A stretch of 63,184 bases of DNA, filler included, from Dimargaris cristalligena (GCA_003614675.1; 11 parts of 11 records of this genome joined end to end with filler, not necessarily neighbours in it), one strand, 5' to 3'. Positions 1 through 11,692 are shown, numbered from the whole stretch's first letter. Made by a program: numbers and translations. The notes: generated by a model from the letters alone, not told the origin.

Positions 1-288
1 CTATATAAGGGTTTGCATTATACGTGTATGGGAAAATATATGGGAAATGTATTTTACACTAGTAATATTGGCCGAATCTAATGGATTTTTCGCTGTACAG
101 CTTGGATGAACTTCTCCCACATTTACCCGGGTCTACCACGGAATTCCTTCACTTGGGCTAGGAATACAATGCCCGGACTGAGAAGTCCCAACCCGCCATG
201 TAAAAAACAAACTAGGTATCCGGGCCACTGATGCAATTGGTAAAATAGAGGGGGGTATATTTAGTAAATTGGTATAGACAGGGTGGCC
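1..288. repeat. Left copy of a long inverted repeat bracketing contig 1 (partner 5401-5691); runs off the contig end
   Basis: Reverse complement of 1-288 aligns to 5401-5691 with two small divergent patches (gggacttctcagt vs gggaggggacagt; a patch near the outer end). Confidence 0.95.
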
Positions 289-360
289 AAAACGGCCTCG
301 AATCAAATGATGTTTTAACTAAGGCTTGCCTTTCCGAAAGGAATAAAAGGGAGTGGAGCA

Positions 361-3300
361 CTACGCAAGGTTGGTGGTAGTGTGGTACGTCCAATCAGGG
401 CCCGGAACCAATGGCCGGTGAAGCACCCCGGCGGCCGTACGGTCGGATTCGCCCGGCGAGCCGACCGCCGGTCCATTGCCCACGGTCTGCACCTGAAGAT
501 TCAGGAGAGCGCAGCGCTCGGGGTCGTACACCTCCCGGAGATGCTGGCGCCAAGGGGCCAGGAGATCGGTCTCTACCCGATCGACCAGGGCGGCTGCGCG
601 GGTACAACTGTCGTTGGTGGTTCCTGGGGTCCGTTCGGAGGACGCCAGTAGGAGCGGCAGAACCTGGCTGAGCTGGCGGACATCGGGCAAAAAGGTCTTG
701 GCCACCTTGTCGACCAACCGGCCCACCGACTCCATGACATACTGTTCTTCGAAGGGGCTGCCCCGCTTGCCCCGCAGCTTATTCTTTTCCTTCTTCCGCC
801 GACTGCGCGCCGTTTTGCCCGAGCGCAGGGAGCCCGAGGTATATTGCGAGGGGACGCCGGTGTATTGCGTGAATCGGGTGATTTGCGTGCTGGCCTCCGA
901 TAGGACATCGATGTTGTCCAGGTCGCCGCCGCCCAGTCCCGCGGCGGGGTCGTCGGTGGGGTGGGTCGCAGGGTCCGCCGGGCGGCGAATCTCACCGAGA
1001 CGTTCCCATTGTTTGGTCCACTGGTCCACCAGGGTAGCCGCCTCCTCCTCGAGTTCTTCAAGGGCCGTCATCAAGCCGGGCTCGAGATGGGTTTCCAGTA
1101 GATCCTCCCGGTTGCGCTGCCGGGCGATACGCATCCCCTCCCACCACTCGCGGCCCTTGACCAGCAGGTTGATGGCCGTTTCCGTCTCGGGGGTGTATTC
1201 CAGGTAAATCTGCGCCGCCTCCCGGTACTTTTGGCGGTCGGCCAGGCGCTGGGCCGTATCCGTGGCCAGCTCGTAAATGGCCCGCTTGGAAAAGTTGGGA
1301 ACCGTGGTCGACAACGCTAGGGCGGTCCGCCACTGTCCCGCCCGCTGGTAGCTCTTCATGGCCTCGAAGCGGTTACCCGCCCGAAGGAAGACGGATCCCG
1401 CCTCGGCGTGTAGGCGCTCGGCGGAGAGGTGCTGGGCGTAGAGATCACAGAGCACGGCCCGGCGCTCGGGGTCAGCCCGGTAAGCGGACAGAGCCGGCTG
1501 GTAAAGCTGGTGGGCCACCACGTAGTCCTGAACCTCCTGGAAAAGACCCGCGCGCGAGGAGGCATCCCCCGCGAGGGCCTGGGCCGCGGTGATTAGGTGG
1601 ACTAGGGCCTCGGCGGGCTGGCCCAGATAGTCGTTAATCTTGAAGCGTCGGTAGGCCGCATCGTAGTTTTGCAGTTCCGTGAGAAAGGCCAGGTACTCCT
1701 TGGGGTCCTTTTGGGACTGCTGGGCCACCTGGAGGGCCAGGGGCAGATCATACACGGCGAGGGCGGCATGGTACACTTTTTCAACGTCCGTGAGGAAGAG
1801 GAGGTACTTGAGTGTGTCCTCCAGCTCGTCCGGGTGGGTCTCCCGCAAGTGGTGCAGCACCAGTATAGCCTCGGTCAGCGAGGTCGGGTTCTTGCACACG
1901 CTGGCCGTGATAATGGTGGGAAGGTACCGGTGGGCATCCGGCCGTTCCTCCAGGAGCGCCTGAATCCGGCCGCAGAGTCGCCGGCGCTTCCCAGAGACAG
2001 CCGCGGAGGCGGCTTTGGGTGGCTCAGCGCGGAGCACGATGGGCACGGGTGGGTACATGGACACACTGACGTTCTCGTCCCGGAGGGAAGATACAAATAA
2101 GTTAAGGTAGTCGGGGTCGTCGATTTGGCTAATGACCTCGGGCAGACAGCGGTCAAACTGGAGGGGTTTATGGTCCACCAATACATTCAGATCGATGCGG
2201 TGCTGTCGCCCTAGTTCAAACGCCCGGCGGTAGTCCTGGGCATCCACCGCCGCGCGCATCGAAGCCAGAACCAGTGCGCGCGGATGGATGGTTTCCAAAT
2301 TACCCCGGGGCATTTCCAAGACCACCGCGGTTTGGGATCCGTTGAGGGCGAAAACCAAGCGGGCCCCCCGTTCAATCCGGCGCTCGCTAAGCGGGTCCAA
2401 CTCGGACTTGTTCTGCTGGGCCAGGGCGATTAAATGGGCCAGGGGCAGACCCACCGGTAGAAGCCGTAGGCTATGGGTGTGGGTGGTGAACATGATAAAA
2501 TGGCGGCCCACAAAGGACGATGTAGCCCCCTTGACGACCAGCTGGTCATTCAAAAAGAGCTCCCCGCGCTCCGACCGGCCCACCAGCAGCCAGTCGGAGG
2601 TGTTGCCCGTGGAAGCCGGCGGAGCGATAACCCGGAGACCGGCGGTGGTCGCGGAGTCCGGGAAAGGGCGCGGGATCACCGTTAACCAAGGGCAGGGTCG
2701 GTCCAACCGGCAAAGGGGGTCGGACCAGGTGACCGCAAGCGGACCGGGGGCGGCGTAGCTGACGGGGTATATAAACCCACGGGTCGTTTGCAAAAACACC
2801 GCGTCCCGTCCCTGGGCCCCGATTAGGCGCAGGGGGGGTCCCGCCGCCGCGGAGTTACCCAGGGGATATTCCGTCCAGACAACGGCGGACTCGGGGGTGG
2901 GGGGAACGGAGGCCCGGAGGAGTACATCGCGGTGGCAACTCACATCACGGCCCAGGGCCAGAACGGTACCGGACCGGGGGTAGACGATTTGGTTAAGCCG
3001 CAGGCGGGGGCCCGGGCCGGGCAGGTGGGCCACGGACGGCAGGGAGAGATCCTGTCGGGTGGCTCCACGGTGCAGAGCATAGATCGCGACCGAGCCCAGC
3101 GAATCGCTCAGCAGCACGGCAAATTGGTCCACCGGTGCCTCGTCCGTGGGTGCCGAACGCAGACTGGCCACGGCGCGCGCCGGGTGGGTCAGGGTTGCGG
3201 TGAGCCGGGACATGGGGGGCGGTACATTGGCCAGGGCGAAGGGGGTGACCTTAAGCTGGGCACCATCAATGACGCAGGCCACCGACTGGCTATCCAAAGC

Positions 3301-4542
3301 GTCGCTGTAGCCAAAGTGCGCTTCGGGGGTCAGCCGCAGGCGGTGCTGGGTATAGGTGGAGGCGATGTGCAGAAGCCCGGCGTCCTCGGGGTCCCAAAAT
3401 ACCGCGCGGATCGGGTCCTGGGGGGCAAAGGTGGGGATGTGCTGGGCCAGGTACCAGTGGTAGTTCTTATCCATCCACACCTGCACATAGCGGTTCCCGC
3501 CCTGTTCGAGGACCACGGCCAAGAGGGTTGAATCGGTGGACCACTGCAGGGAGACCACGTCGGTCCCCTCCGGGATCCGCAGGGCAAACTCGCCGTGGCG
3601 CAGCCCGTTGCGTTCCCAGAAAATGATGTTCTTGCGGTGGGGCAGCTGCTCGCTGGTGGCAATGAGGTTACCGCTGGGCTTCCACGCCAAGGGGCTCTCC
3701 AGGCAGTTGATGGGCTCACTCGTGTTGAGAAGGTCTCCCTCGCGGGAAAAGACCCGCAAAGTGCGGTACGCTTCGTCCACCGGCTCGAGCAGTGAACACA
3801 CAAAGTAGGCGCCGTCGCCCCGCCAGGCGATCCGCGGGAGCCGGTCGTCGTGGGGGGCCAGGCAACGGTTCCGGAAGTCTGGCTTTTGCTGGGCAGCGGC
3901 TTTACCGGCCGTGCCGTGAAATTGGGTCTCTTTTTTACCCCAGCCCACGGACACACCCGCTTCCTGGGCGTCGTATTGGTCAAAGATGTTAAACTCGGCG
4001 AGAACGTCGAAATCCTTGGTCATGAGCAGCACGTTGTGCCGGCCGGTGATGACCACGAGGATTTCGTCGTCGGGGCTCCAGGCGACGGCCAAAATTCCGT
4101 CCTCAAAGTCCCCGACGGGGTCGAGGTTCTCAGGGCCATGGGCCGCCGGGTCAAAGGCAGAGGCGTCGCGTAGTAGTAGAATTTCACCCTGGTCAAAGGC
4201 CATGAATAGGGTGTCCAGCTCAGTGAGGTAGTGGAGGCCAACGAGGCGCGCCAAAGTGGACACGGGCAGAGGTAGTAGGGGGCAGAATGCGGCCGGGGCA
4301 TTGGGGGTGTCCCAGTGGGAGCGGGCCAGCCACAGGGAGGCCCCCTCGAGCACGACGTGGTAAAGGGTCTGGGGATCGCCCCCTGAACAAACGGGCGAGC
4401 AGGTGGCATTGTCCGGGTGCCGTATGGAGGAGGCGGCTAGATCAGGGCTAGGGTTTAAGGCCAACTCGGCCAGGCTGTGGGCGAGGTCCTCGGATCCCCG
4501 GAGGGCCATGGAGCCGTGGGTAAGGATGGTATAGCTGTCCAT
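361..4542 (-). CDS. ELP1: Elongator complex subunit 1 (IKI3/IKAP family), 1393 aa, intronless
   Basis: Family motifs VSVGWGKKETQFHG, WRGDGAYF, WKPSGNLIA, FWERNGLRHGEF, NVPPPM, RRIERGARLV, EMPRGNLETIHPR, AQQSQKDPKEY, and the basic C-terminal RKKEKNKLRGKRGSPFEE. Confidence 0.97.
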   Translation of the reverse strand: MDSYTILTHGSMALRGSEDLAHSLAELALNPSPDLAASSIRHPDNATCSPVCSGGDPQTLYHVVLEGASLWLARSHWDTPNAPAAFCPLLPLPVSTLARLVGLHYLTELDTLFMAFDQGEILLLRDASAFDPAAHGPENLDPVGDFEDGILAVAWSPDDEILVVITGRHNVLLMTKDFDVLAEFNIFDQYDAQEAGVSVGWGKKETQFHGTAGKAAAQQKPDFRNRCLAPHDDRLPRIAWRGDGAYFVCSLLEPVDEAYRTLRVFSREGDLLNTSEPINCLESPLAWKPSGNLIATSEQLPHRKNIIFWERNGLRHGEFALRIPEGTDVVSLQWSTDSTLLAVVLEQGGNRYVQVWMDKNYHWYLAQHIPTFAPQDPIRAVFWDPEDAGLLHIASTYTQHRLRLTPEAHFGYSDALDSQSVACVIDGAQLKVTPFALANVPPPMSRLTATLTHPARAVASLRSAPTDEAPVDQFAVLLSDSLGSVAIYALHRGATRQDLSLPSVAHLPGPGPRLRLNQIVYPRSGTVLALGRDVSCHRDVLLRASVPPTPESAVVWTEYPLGNSAAAGPPLRLIGAQGRDAVFLQTTRGFIYPVSYAAPGPLAVTWSDPLCRLDRPCPWLTVIPRPFPDSATTAGLRVIAPPASTGNTSDWLLVGRSERGELFLNDQLVVKGATSSFVGRHFIMFTTHTHSLRLLPVGLPLAHLIALAQQNKSELDPLSERRIERGARLVFALNGSQTAVVLEMPRGNLETIHPRALVLASMRAAVDAQDYRRAFELGRQHRIDLNVLVDHKPLQFDRCLPEVISQIDDPDYLNLFVSSLRDENVSVSMYPPVPIVLRAEPPKAASAAVSGKRRRLCGRIQALLEERPDAHRYLPTIITASVCKNPTSLTEAILVLHHLRETHPDELEDTLKYLLFLTDVEKVYHAALAVYDLPLALQVAQQSQKDPKEYLAFLTELQNYDAAYRRFKINDYLGQPAEALVHLITAAQALAGDASSRAGLFQEVQDYVVAHQLYQPALSAYRADPERRAVLCDLYAQHLSAERLHAEAGSVFLRAGNRFEAMKSYQRAGQWRTALALSTTVPNFSKRAIYELATDTAQRLADRQKYREAAQIYLEYTPETETAINLLVKGREWWEGMRIARQRNREDLLETHLEPGLMTALEELEEEAATLVDQWTKQWERLGEIRRPADPATHPTDDPAAGLGGGDLDNIDVLSEASTQITRFTQYTGVPSQYTSGSLRSGKTARSRRKKEKNKLRGKRGSPFEEQYVMESVGRLVDKVAKTFLPDVRQLSQVLPLLLASSERTPGTTNDSCTRAAALVDRVETDLLAPWRQHLREVYDPERCALLNLQVQTVGNGPAVGSPGESDRTAAGVLHRPLVPGPDWTYHTTTNLA

Positions 4543-5279
4543 GGCGACAGTGACAACAGCAACGACGAAGGCGTGGGGTCGTCTAGGAGCGGAAGGGAGG
4601 ATGGAAAGTGCTCAAGGTTCCAATGCAAACCCTGCTAAACGAGAAAATACTAATGGAAATGTAGGTTATATTATAGAGAGGGGATTTTCTATCTATCAGA
4701 TAGGCCTTACTGGGGGTTAAGCTAGTCTATATTAAACTGGCCTACCGATATTGTTGGTGATGATGATGATGGCACGTTTTGGTATGGGGAGAGCGAGCGG
4801 GTTTGTCCCACCCACCCAAAGAGCTGGGTGCCACCTTATTGGCTTGATGTTTCATGCTCGTTTAGCACAATAGCCCGCAGCCTGAATTAAGGCCGTGGCG
4901 AAATAGTACTCGGCCCTTGTCGCACTGAACCGGTGTACTCAAGCTTCAAAGATTAGAGCAACTAACGAACTAACCAACTGCTCGTTACTAATCCCATCGG
5001 GTTGGAATTGGCGAACAAGACCCGCTGGCGAACTATTAACCCTTCTCACGTTGAAAGGACCCTTGTCGTCTTTCTACACCACCACTACCACCGCCAGTCA
5101 CTTGACAGCGCCCCCAATCAGGATGAAGGGAGCCCGCATATACCCACAGTAGGTTAGGGAATGGCCCTACAACTCCCAGTTGCTTAACCCCGACATTACC
5201 CTCTTGCTGTTCCGCGTTGCCTGCTTTAGCCAGCCTAACCCTGACCCTCTGGCCTTCCATTTCACTACATCTTTCACCC

Positions 5280-5409
5280 ATGGCACAATCCACCCCGCCG
5301 CTCCTCCAGTTCGAGCCGTACCTCACGAGCTTCGACGCCTCCTTCTGGCAGCGCCTGACGGACCTCAAACTCGACCGTTTCAAACTCAATGACCAGGCCG
5401 TGGCCATCC
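5280..5409 (+). pseudogene. ATG7: 5' end of ATG7 (E1-like autophagy enzyme), about 43 codons, cut off by the repeat starting near 5410
   Basis: MAQSTPPLLQFEPYLTSFDASFWQRLTDLKLDRFKLND matches the Atg7 N-terminal pattern LQF.P..S..D..FW..L...KLD..KL. The frame enters the repeat and stops at 5429. Divergent from ELP1. Confidence 0.8.
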
Positions 5410-5691
5410 TGTCTATACCAATTTACTAAATATACCCCCCTCTATTTTACCAATTGCATCAGTGGCCCGGATACCTAGTTTGTTTTTTACATGGCGGGTT
5501 GGGAGGGGACAGTCCGGGCATTGTATTCCTAGCCCAAGTGAAGGAATTCCGTGGTAGACCCGGGTAAATGTGGGAGAAGTTCATCCAAGCTGTACAGCGA
5601 AAAATCCATTAGATTCGGCCAATATTACTAGTGTAAAATACATTTCCTATATACCTGTTCCCTTACACGTATAATGCAAACCCTTATAAAA
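5401..5691. repeat. Right copy of the contig-1 inverted repeat; likely element terminus TGTCTA at 5410
   Basis: Reverse complement of 1-288. Confidence 0.95.
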
Positions 5692-5791
5692 NNNNNNNNN
5701 NNNNNNNNNNNNNNNNNNNNNNNNNNNNNNNNNNNTTAATTAATTAANNNNNNNNNNNNNNNNNNNNNNNNNNNNNNNNNNNNNNNNNNNN
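5692..5791. other. Artificial 100-nt contig spacer; also at 11477-11576, 17255-17354, 23007-23106, 28757-28856, 34500-34599, 40243-40342, 45984-46083, 51725-51824, 57458-57557
   Basis: Identical N-run/TTAATTAATTAA/N-run linker with stops in all six frames; contig lengths fall monotonically. Confidence 0.99.
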
Positions 5792-8574
5792 TGATTCGAC
5801 CTAGTGGGAAGGTTTTAGTTGGACTAGGGTAAGTGGCATTTAGACTCCTTAAATAGGTGGGTTAACGCTAACAATGGAAGAATGAGACCGGCTAGTTAAG
5901 AAAGTAAAATAGCAGAACATTTAAGAATGAGAAGGGGAAGGGGAAGGAAGGGGTGGGAAAGTTGCGAAAAGCTCTTTTATGCGCCTAAACCAACATAGAA
6001 GACTGCTAACTGTAAAACTAGAGAAGACATCTTCGTATAGGACCGAATAGCCCTTGCGTTTTGACTATTGCTCGTAGGTCCATTGATGGATCATAGTAAA
6101 TACTGCCCTCCATCACTTGGCTTTTGAGTCTAGTATTCGACTGGGTATCAACAACGAAACAACGACGTAGTCGCGATCAAAATTTGCATATTTATATATG
6201 GTGTGAACCGACAAGAATGTTTCCATCCGGCTTATTACGTAACATCATGTGGTTTTATCCATTTTTTATTCCATCCCCGTGAGCTGTTAATGACCAGCGA
6301 ACCTGCGGTCATGTGATCACTCAAACTATGGCCAGCATCATATCGGGGAATCGCGGCTGTATCTTGATTTTAATTGGGCTATTTTTGTTGTATGGGAGAG
6401 GCTCAACCAGCCCATATAACGAAACATCCGTGGGATGAAGCAAATATTGGCTACAAATAAGCCACCCGCATATATGCATATACACACCATTGGAAGCCCT
6501 CTATACAGCCGGGCCTAAGTTCTCCCATTTCTTTTGCCTAACGCATTCCACCCAACCGCAAGCACCAAGCAATGCCACTTTCCGCTCTTTCACTCTTCAA
6601 ACATTCCTTTAAGTTGCTTCAGGAAGACCTTACAATTACTTATCGATTTATAATCCCAATCTTTAAAATATACAAATGCACTGGTATATCGGACTTTTCT
6701 GGATTGGTTTTGCTTGCAATGTCTAGCCAGTTCTATTAGGCAATTTGATACACTTTTTCCATATGCATACCGGCAATTTCAACCATAAACACTCATGATA
6801 CACGTACTCTTAATTTAATGGTATTGTACAATAAGGAAATATTATAGCATTGCATCTGTCTCGCAGTATGCATGTATTGCAAACTAAAACGTCTTCAGTA
6901 ATTAAGCCGCCCCGGAGTTCCAACAATTGGTTGATACGCTCGATTATAACCTGTGCATAACAAATCCGGGGGTATATTATCTAACTAAACCTGGCTCCCG
7001 GGTACCACAGCTACATACCCGCAGTTGATATTTGTAGCATCTTGTTTAGACGCCGACTAGTTGAGCTATGCTACCAAGGGAAATTTATTTATCACCCCGA
7101 CTTATATGAAAATCCAAACCTCACCAATACGAATGCGGTAGCCCCAAAAGGAAAATACAGCAACAACCATGCCATTGGGGTTTCAATAGTTCTCAGAATC
7201 AGTTCAAGGCGATGCCAATGTTAAGCATGCCCTGGATAAGTTAGACATTCGCAGGCCCAGTCAAATATACCAATATTAGGCGGTGTCCAACTTTATTATA
7301 TGAGCAATTCATAGTTTCCAATGCAGCCTATGGCCTGGGTCAAAACGTAGACTGAGAAGGCCAGGCGGATGCCCTCCCACGGTCGAAGAGTAGAGTAGAT
7401 GGGGCTTTAGTATTCGATAGAACAGCTACCTAAGACAAGCGGATCGATCAATTGTGGAATCTTTACTGACGGAATACAGGCGGACTATTTGGAAGGACCT
7501 ATACAATACTGAACACTGTGTTTGGTGTCTATATTGACGACTAGCGTGTGGATACCTAGGGCCAGGAGGATATCGCATTCGGAAAAATGATTATTTTGAC
7601 GGTGGATTGTTGGTTCGGGCAAATATACAGTAGCGGCCATACTATAGTGAAACACTGAAAATAACGATTAGTCTACGCACGAAAGGCTCTACATTTTGGC
7701 ATGGAACTTCGTAAGTCTTTTGGAGACGTACTCGAACCCCAGCTGACGGGATATCAAACAGCGAAGGACTTATTATGTATCCGACATTGCCAGGGGGGAG
7801 TCCGCTAGTTTTCTCACCGCTGGGCCTTTCGCCCACCGAAACTGGGTCAGAATGCTAATCTCCACCCTGTCTTCGCATATTGAAATGTGGCAATAGTCAA
7901 TGAGCATGGCACTGTTCTTGACGGTAGGAGAATGCCCGCGGATTTCTAGTCGAGCAGTTGCCTAAGTAGCACTTGGACGTCGGTTAGGGAAGTCGGCGAT
8001 ACTGGGAATCAGGTCATTGACGATCGTAAGCCACCTTTTGATCTGACAAGCATACGGCCAAGTTGGTTGCTGACTGTGAAGATAATGTTGATCCGCCACC
8101 AAAAATTATGCCTTCGAGTTTGGCTGGGAACTACTTAATAGCCGACGGGTAGGACTAGGTAGTCAAGCTACAGGACAGGCCAGGCTTTGTAATGACCAGT
8201 TGGACGGCATATTCTTCGTCACTTTCCAAGTCGATGGCCGGGCCTACTCGAACCAGGCGATGCGAGGTGCGACACAGCCTGGGGGCTACTGTATTTCAGC
8301 AATTGACATTACCGAGGATAAAAAGACAGCATTCGGCTCTCCAACCAGACCTATCAACAACAACATATAGTCCTATATTCCCCACACCCACCAATTCTTA
8401 GCGACACACCCCTCCGGCACCAAATAATCGCCGCACACTTCAACTCCAGCAGTATCCACCACCGTTCGACCATTCCGCCGCCCGACCACTCCCTGCTCCA
8501 ATACTTCCGGCTTCAAAACCCGACAGCCCTTAGCACACGTTTTGAGACCCGTCAGATTTTTTCGATTCCACACA

Positions 8575-9813
8575 ATGAATCCCAATACACCCCACCAACT
8601 TACTGGCTATTCTATGCCCGACTATCAACCAAGCGAGCTTCAGCGTACTTTCGTAGCCCGGTTGAACCAGTATGCCCGCAATAGGGATGTCCTGTCCTTT
8701 TTTTCGGTCCGTCGTGCCCAAACCCAAGTCTATCGCCCCCTTTGCTTTCAACGTATTCGCGTGGTGACTAGCTCCTCCGATGCCCAAGAAATGCATCGTG
8801 TTCTTTTCAAGTACCGGGACAATATCCACCAGGTCACCCTCGTTTTGGATAGTGAAGCGCCAGCTGACCCCATCTTCTTTGCATTCCTTGGTATTGCCAT
8901 TGACGCATTGCTATTCTTGAAAAAACTGATAATTGAGGTGCGCCATCCCGCCCTCTTGAATAGACTTGTGCGTATTTTGGGGCCGTCTATTCAGCTAGTT
9001 GAGAACTTCCAACTCGTGAGCCCCTCGCGCATGGAGTTCTACACAAATCCAGGGCTCATTTTGGTTCCAGCGAGCTTGCCTCATGGAATTGTAAATGGGA
9101 ACAGAACCCTGGTTCTAGGGGGAAACATCCATTGGTATGTACCTAGCTGGTCGGATGTATTCAACAGTCATCGTAGTCTACGATGCTTAGTCCTCCAGGA
9201 CACGGCCATTTGGCATCTGGAGGATGTAGTCAGGGCCGCTCGGCGGTGCAATAGCTTTGAAACAGTGGTGCTTCGGCGACTTATTGCTAATTCCCCAGTT
9301 GCCCTGCCGGCGCCTCAGGCGGTGCCTTTTAACATGAGCCAGCCAACGGTTGGGTCAATTACAAGCCTAGTTTTTCACGAGGTGGCTCTTGGCAGCACCC
9401 TTTTGAAGAAAGTAATTGACCTCGTTGGGCTTAACCTGCGGAAACTGCGGTTGATTAATTGTACCTGTGACGAGCAGGAAATTAACTACGCACTGCGTTT
9501 CTGTCCGCGGCTGACACATTTCGATTTGTGTCACCGCGATATGATATTCACCAGGGGTTTCATCCCTAGTGATATCACAACAAACAACTTATTGTATATG
9601 CGGATAGCAGTAAACTATGTTGCTATTGCGTGGATTTTTCCGGCTCTACGCAATCAACACAGTTTATCGCTGTTGAGCATATACAAACCGGGCCGGCCCA
9701 TCTGCCGGGAACTCCGCCATGCTCTTCCCCAGTTGAGAATACATTTTCTTTCGACTGAGGAATATAATAATCTCGTTAATCGAGATTACTTGGAACAGGC
9801 CACAGGCGGGTAA
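8575..9813 (+). CDS. Uncharacterised LRR/RNI-like protein (~412 aa), intronless
   Basis: Long ORF from ATG 8575 with LxxLxL repeats (LRCLVLQD, LRKLRLINC, CPRLTHFDL, LPQLRI); AATAAA near 9850 after the stop. Confidence 0.7.
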   Translation: MNPNTPHQLTGYSMPDYQPSELQRTFVARLNQYARNRDVLSFFSVRRAQTQVYRPLCFQRIRVVTSSSDAQEMHRVLFKYRDNIHQVTLVLDSEAPADPIFFAFLGIAIDALLFLKKLIIEVRHPALLNRLVRILGPSIQLVENFQLVSPSRMEFYTNPGLILVPASLPHGIVNGNRTLVLGGNIHWYVPSWSDVFNSHRSLRCLVLQDTAIWHLEDVVRAARRCNSFETVVLRRLIANSPVALPAPQAVPFNMSQPTVGSITSLVFHEVALGSTLLKKVIDLVGLNLRKLRLINCTCDEQEINYALRFCPRLTHFDLCHRDMIFTRGFIPSDITTNNLLYMRIAVNYVAIAWIFPALRNQHSLSLLSIYKPGRPICRELRHALPQLRIHFLSTEEYNNLVNRDYLEQATGG

Positions 9814-11273
9814 TTTTGACTACCCGGCCTGTAATGTGTTATTATTGTAAATAAAATTTGCATTTGATATGTTGTTGTCCTATTATGGTTAAGGGAGTGG
9901 GCGGTCAGTATTTATATCCAAGTGTGATGGGTCCAAGGAAATTGTTTAGAAGAGCTTTTGGTAATAATGTGGCCATAGATCATATTTCGGCAGTGCTTCT
10001 TATGGCATGCGTAGGGGTTGAACAAACGGGATAGTGGTGGCAAGTGGCTTCAAGTGGCGGCGATGGTGTGATTGATTGTCCAGCGGTTCATTTTACTTCT
10101 TATAATATTTGTTGCAAGGCGCTAGACATACGCGGCGATATTTTTCAATGGAATACATCAATTCGAGTAGCCCAGGGAGGTTGGGGAGGTTAGTTAGTAG
10201 GTCGTACAGCGATTGTCTGTCCAGTACGCTTTTATCCCTTATTAAATGGCTCGGTTGGCATACACAATACAATGGGTCTTTATCAAGGCCAGCGCCTCAT
10301 TGACACCCTCCTTTGCCGTTATTCGGAATTTCTATGGAACGGTCTTTCCAACGCACAGTATAGCTTAGACTTCTATTTCGGCCTTATCGGTATATACATC
10401 GTTATTTCTTCACCCAGCTCTTTATTTATAATAGCAGCTTCCGTTACCCTAAGTATGTGGTTCGAATAACTCGATATTATTCTATATACGGCCAGTTTTT
10501 AGAACTCGCCTGCTAATTGACACCCCATTTTATAATTGTGTGACACTGGCCAACCGCCGATTTTACACGACTTCAATTTAATCCTTAGCAATGTCTTAGG
10601 TTAGTGGTGACAGGGCCCTTTTTTAGTATTTCCAACCACTTTCTTGGCGACTGGTTAGAAACCCCCCAAAAAATGGGTAGTCGTAAAGGTGTCATTAAAG
10701 GAGATGCGATACTCCAAAGTGAAAATTATGCCGGAAAATAGATATATAGAAAGCACAACCAGTCATTAAATACACTTGCTTATTCATTTGCCTTGACGTC
10801 ATTAGATCGCGGACATTTTCCAATGTGTAACGATTAAATGTAGCACCACCATTTGTATACATTACGATTATTAACTAATACACTAGGTAGATTTGATTAG
10901 CAATGGCCCCCATCACCCACCGGTTGGTAATTCCTTGTCATTGTTTAAAAGCACAAAACACTACAACATACCACGCTTTCGGACAATACAATACGGTATT
11001 TATAATCTTCTACAATAGCTAAAATAGTGGTTTCGGGGGATAACCACCTGTTAGTAAATAAAGACCTAGTATCCAGAAATGGCAAAGGGAAAAGCAAGGA
11101 AGGCTGTACATTTACACAAAAGTCCATTATTTTCAAACAAAAAAAATGAGGGAAGAGGTGGAGCAACGTAGGGCAAGCATAGGAGGAGTATATAGTAAGT
11201 TAAAAAGGGGTATATATATAAATAGGTGGGCAATTAAGGATCGAAAAAAAAACTAGCCAAAAGGAAGGGATAT

Positions 11274-11474
11274 TTAACGCGGCAGTACGCCATGTTGGGG
11301 TCGAGCCATATCCGGATGTTCGCCGTTGCCCGAGTAGGCCATGCGTTTAGGTTCTGGGGGATATCCGCCGTACGATGAAGAATGGGCCGAGTGATGTGGG
11401 TGCTGCATCGGATGGGGGCAGCGGCTCGTGTGGGGATGCTGCTGTTGCTGTGGATGTTGTTGTTGCGGGTGCTG
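11274..11474 (-). CDS. 3' end of a gene with a Q/H/P-rich C-terminus; 5' part beyond the contig end
   Basis: Open frame QHPQQQHPQQQQHPH...GGYPPEPKRMAY...GVLPR*, GC-rich, followed by AT-rich 3' sequence. Confidence 0.6.
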   Translation of the reverse strand, partial: QHPQQQHPQQQQHPHTSRCPHPMQHPHHSAHSSSYGGYPPEPKRMAYSGNGEHPDMARPQHGVLPR

Positions 11475-11576
11475 ATNNNNNNNNNNNNNNNNNNNNNNNN
11501 NNNNNNNNNNNNNNNNNNNNTTAATTAATTAANNNNNNNNNNNNNNNNNNNNNNNNNNNNNNNNNNNNNNNNNNNN

Positions 11577-11692
11577 TACTCCCCCTTGCTACCACCTCTT
11601 GGAACAGCAAGTCTATCATCACCTTTCCCTTTTTATCACCTGTCTTTTCAAATAAAGTTCAGTTTTCAAGGATTTGAGTTCAGTTCTTTACA
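11577..11692 (+). mobile_element. 3' part of an LTR (family A), ending TTTACA
   Basis: Near-identical reverse-complement copies at 34370-34499 and 57351-57447; contains AATAAA; all three share the ACA/TGT terminus. Confidence 0.8.

Noticed and set aside
279-289. CAGGGTGGCCA / TGGCCATCCTG as hAT TIRs enclosing ELP1
   Set aside because: Homology continues ~280 bp outward and there is no direct 8-bp TSD, so a simple hAT model does not fit.
382-4409. Many overlapping ORFs within ELP1, and likewise within gag-pol, kinesin and LeuA
   Set aside because: Shadow frames of GC-rich coding sequence with no recognisable motifs.
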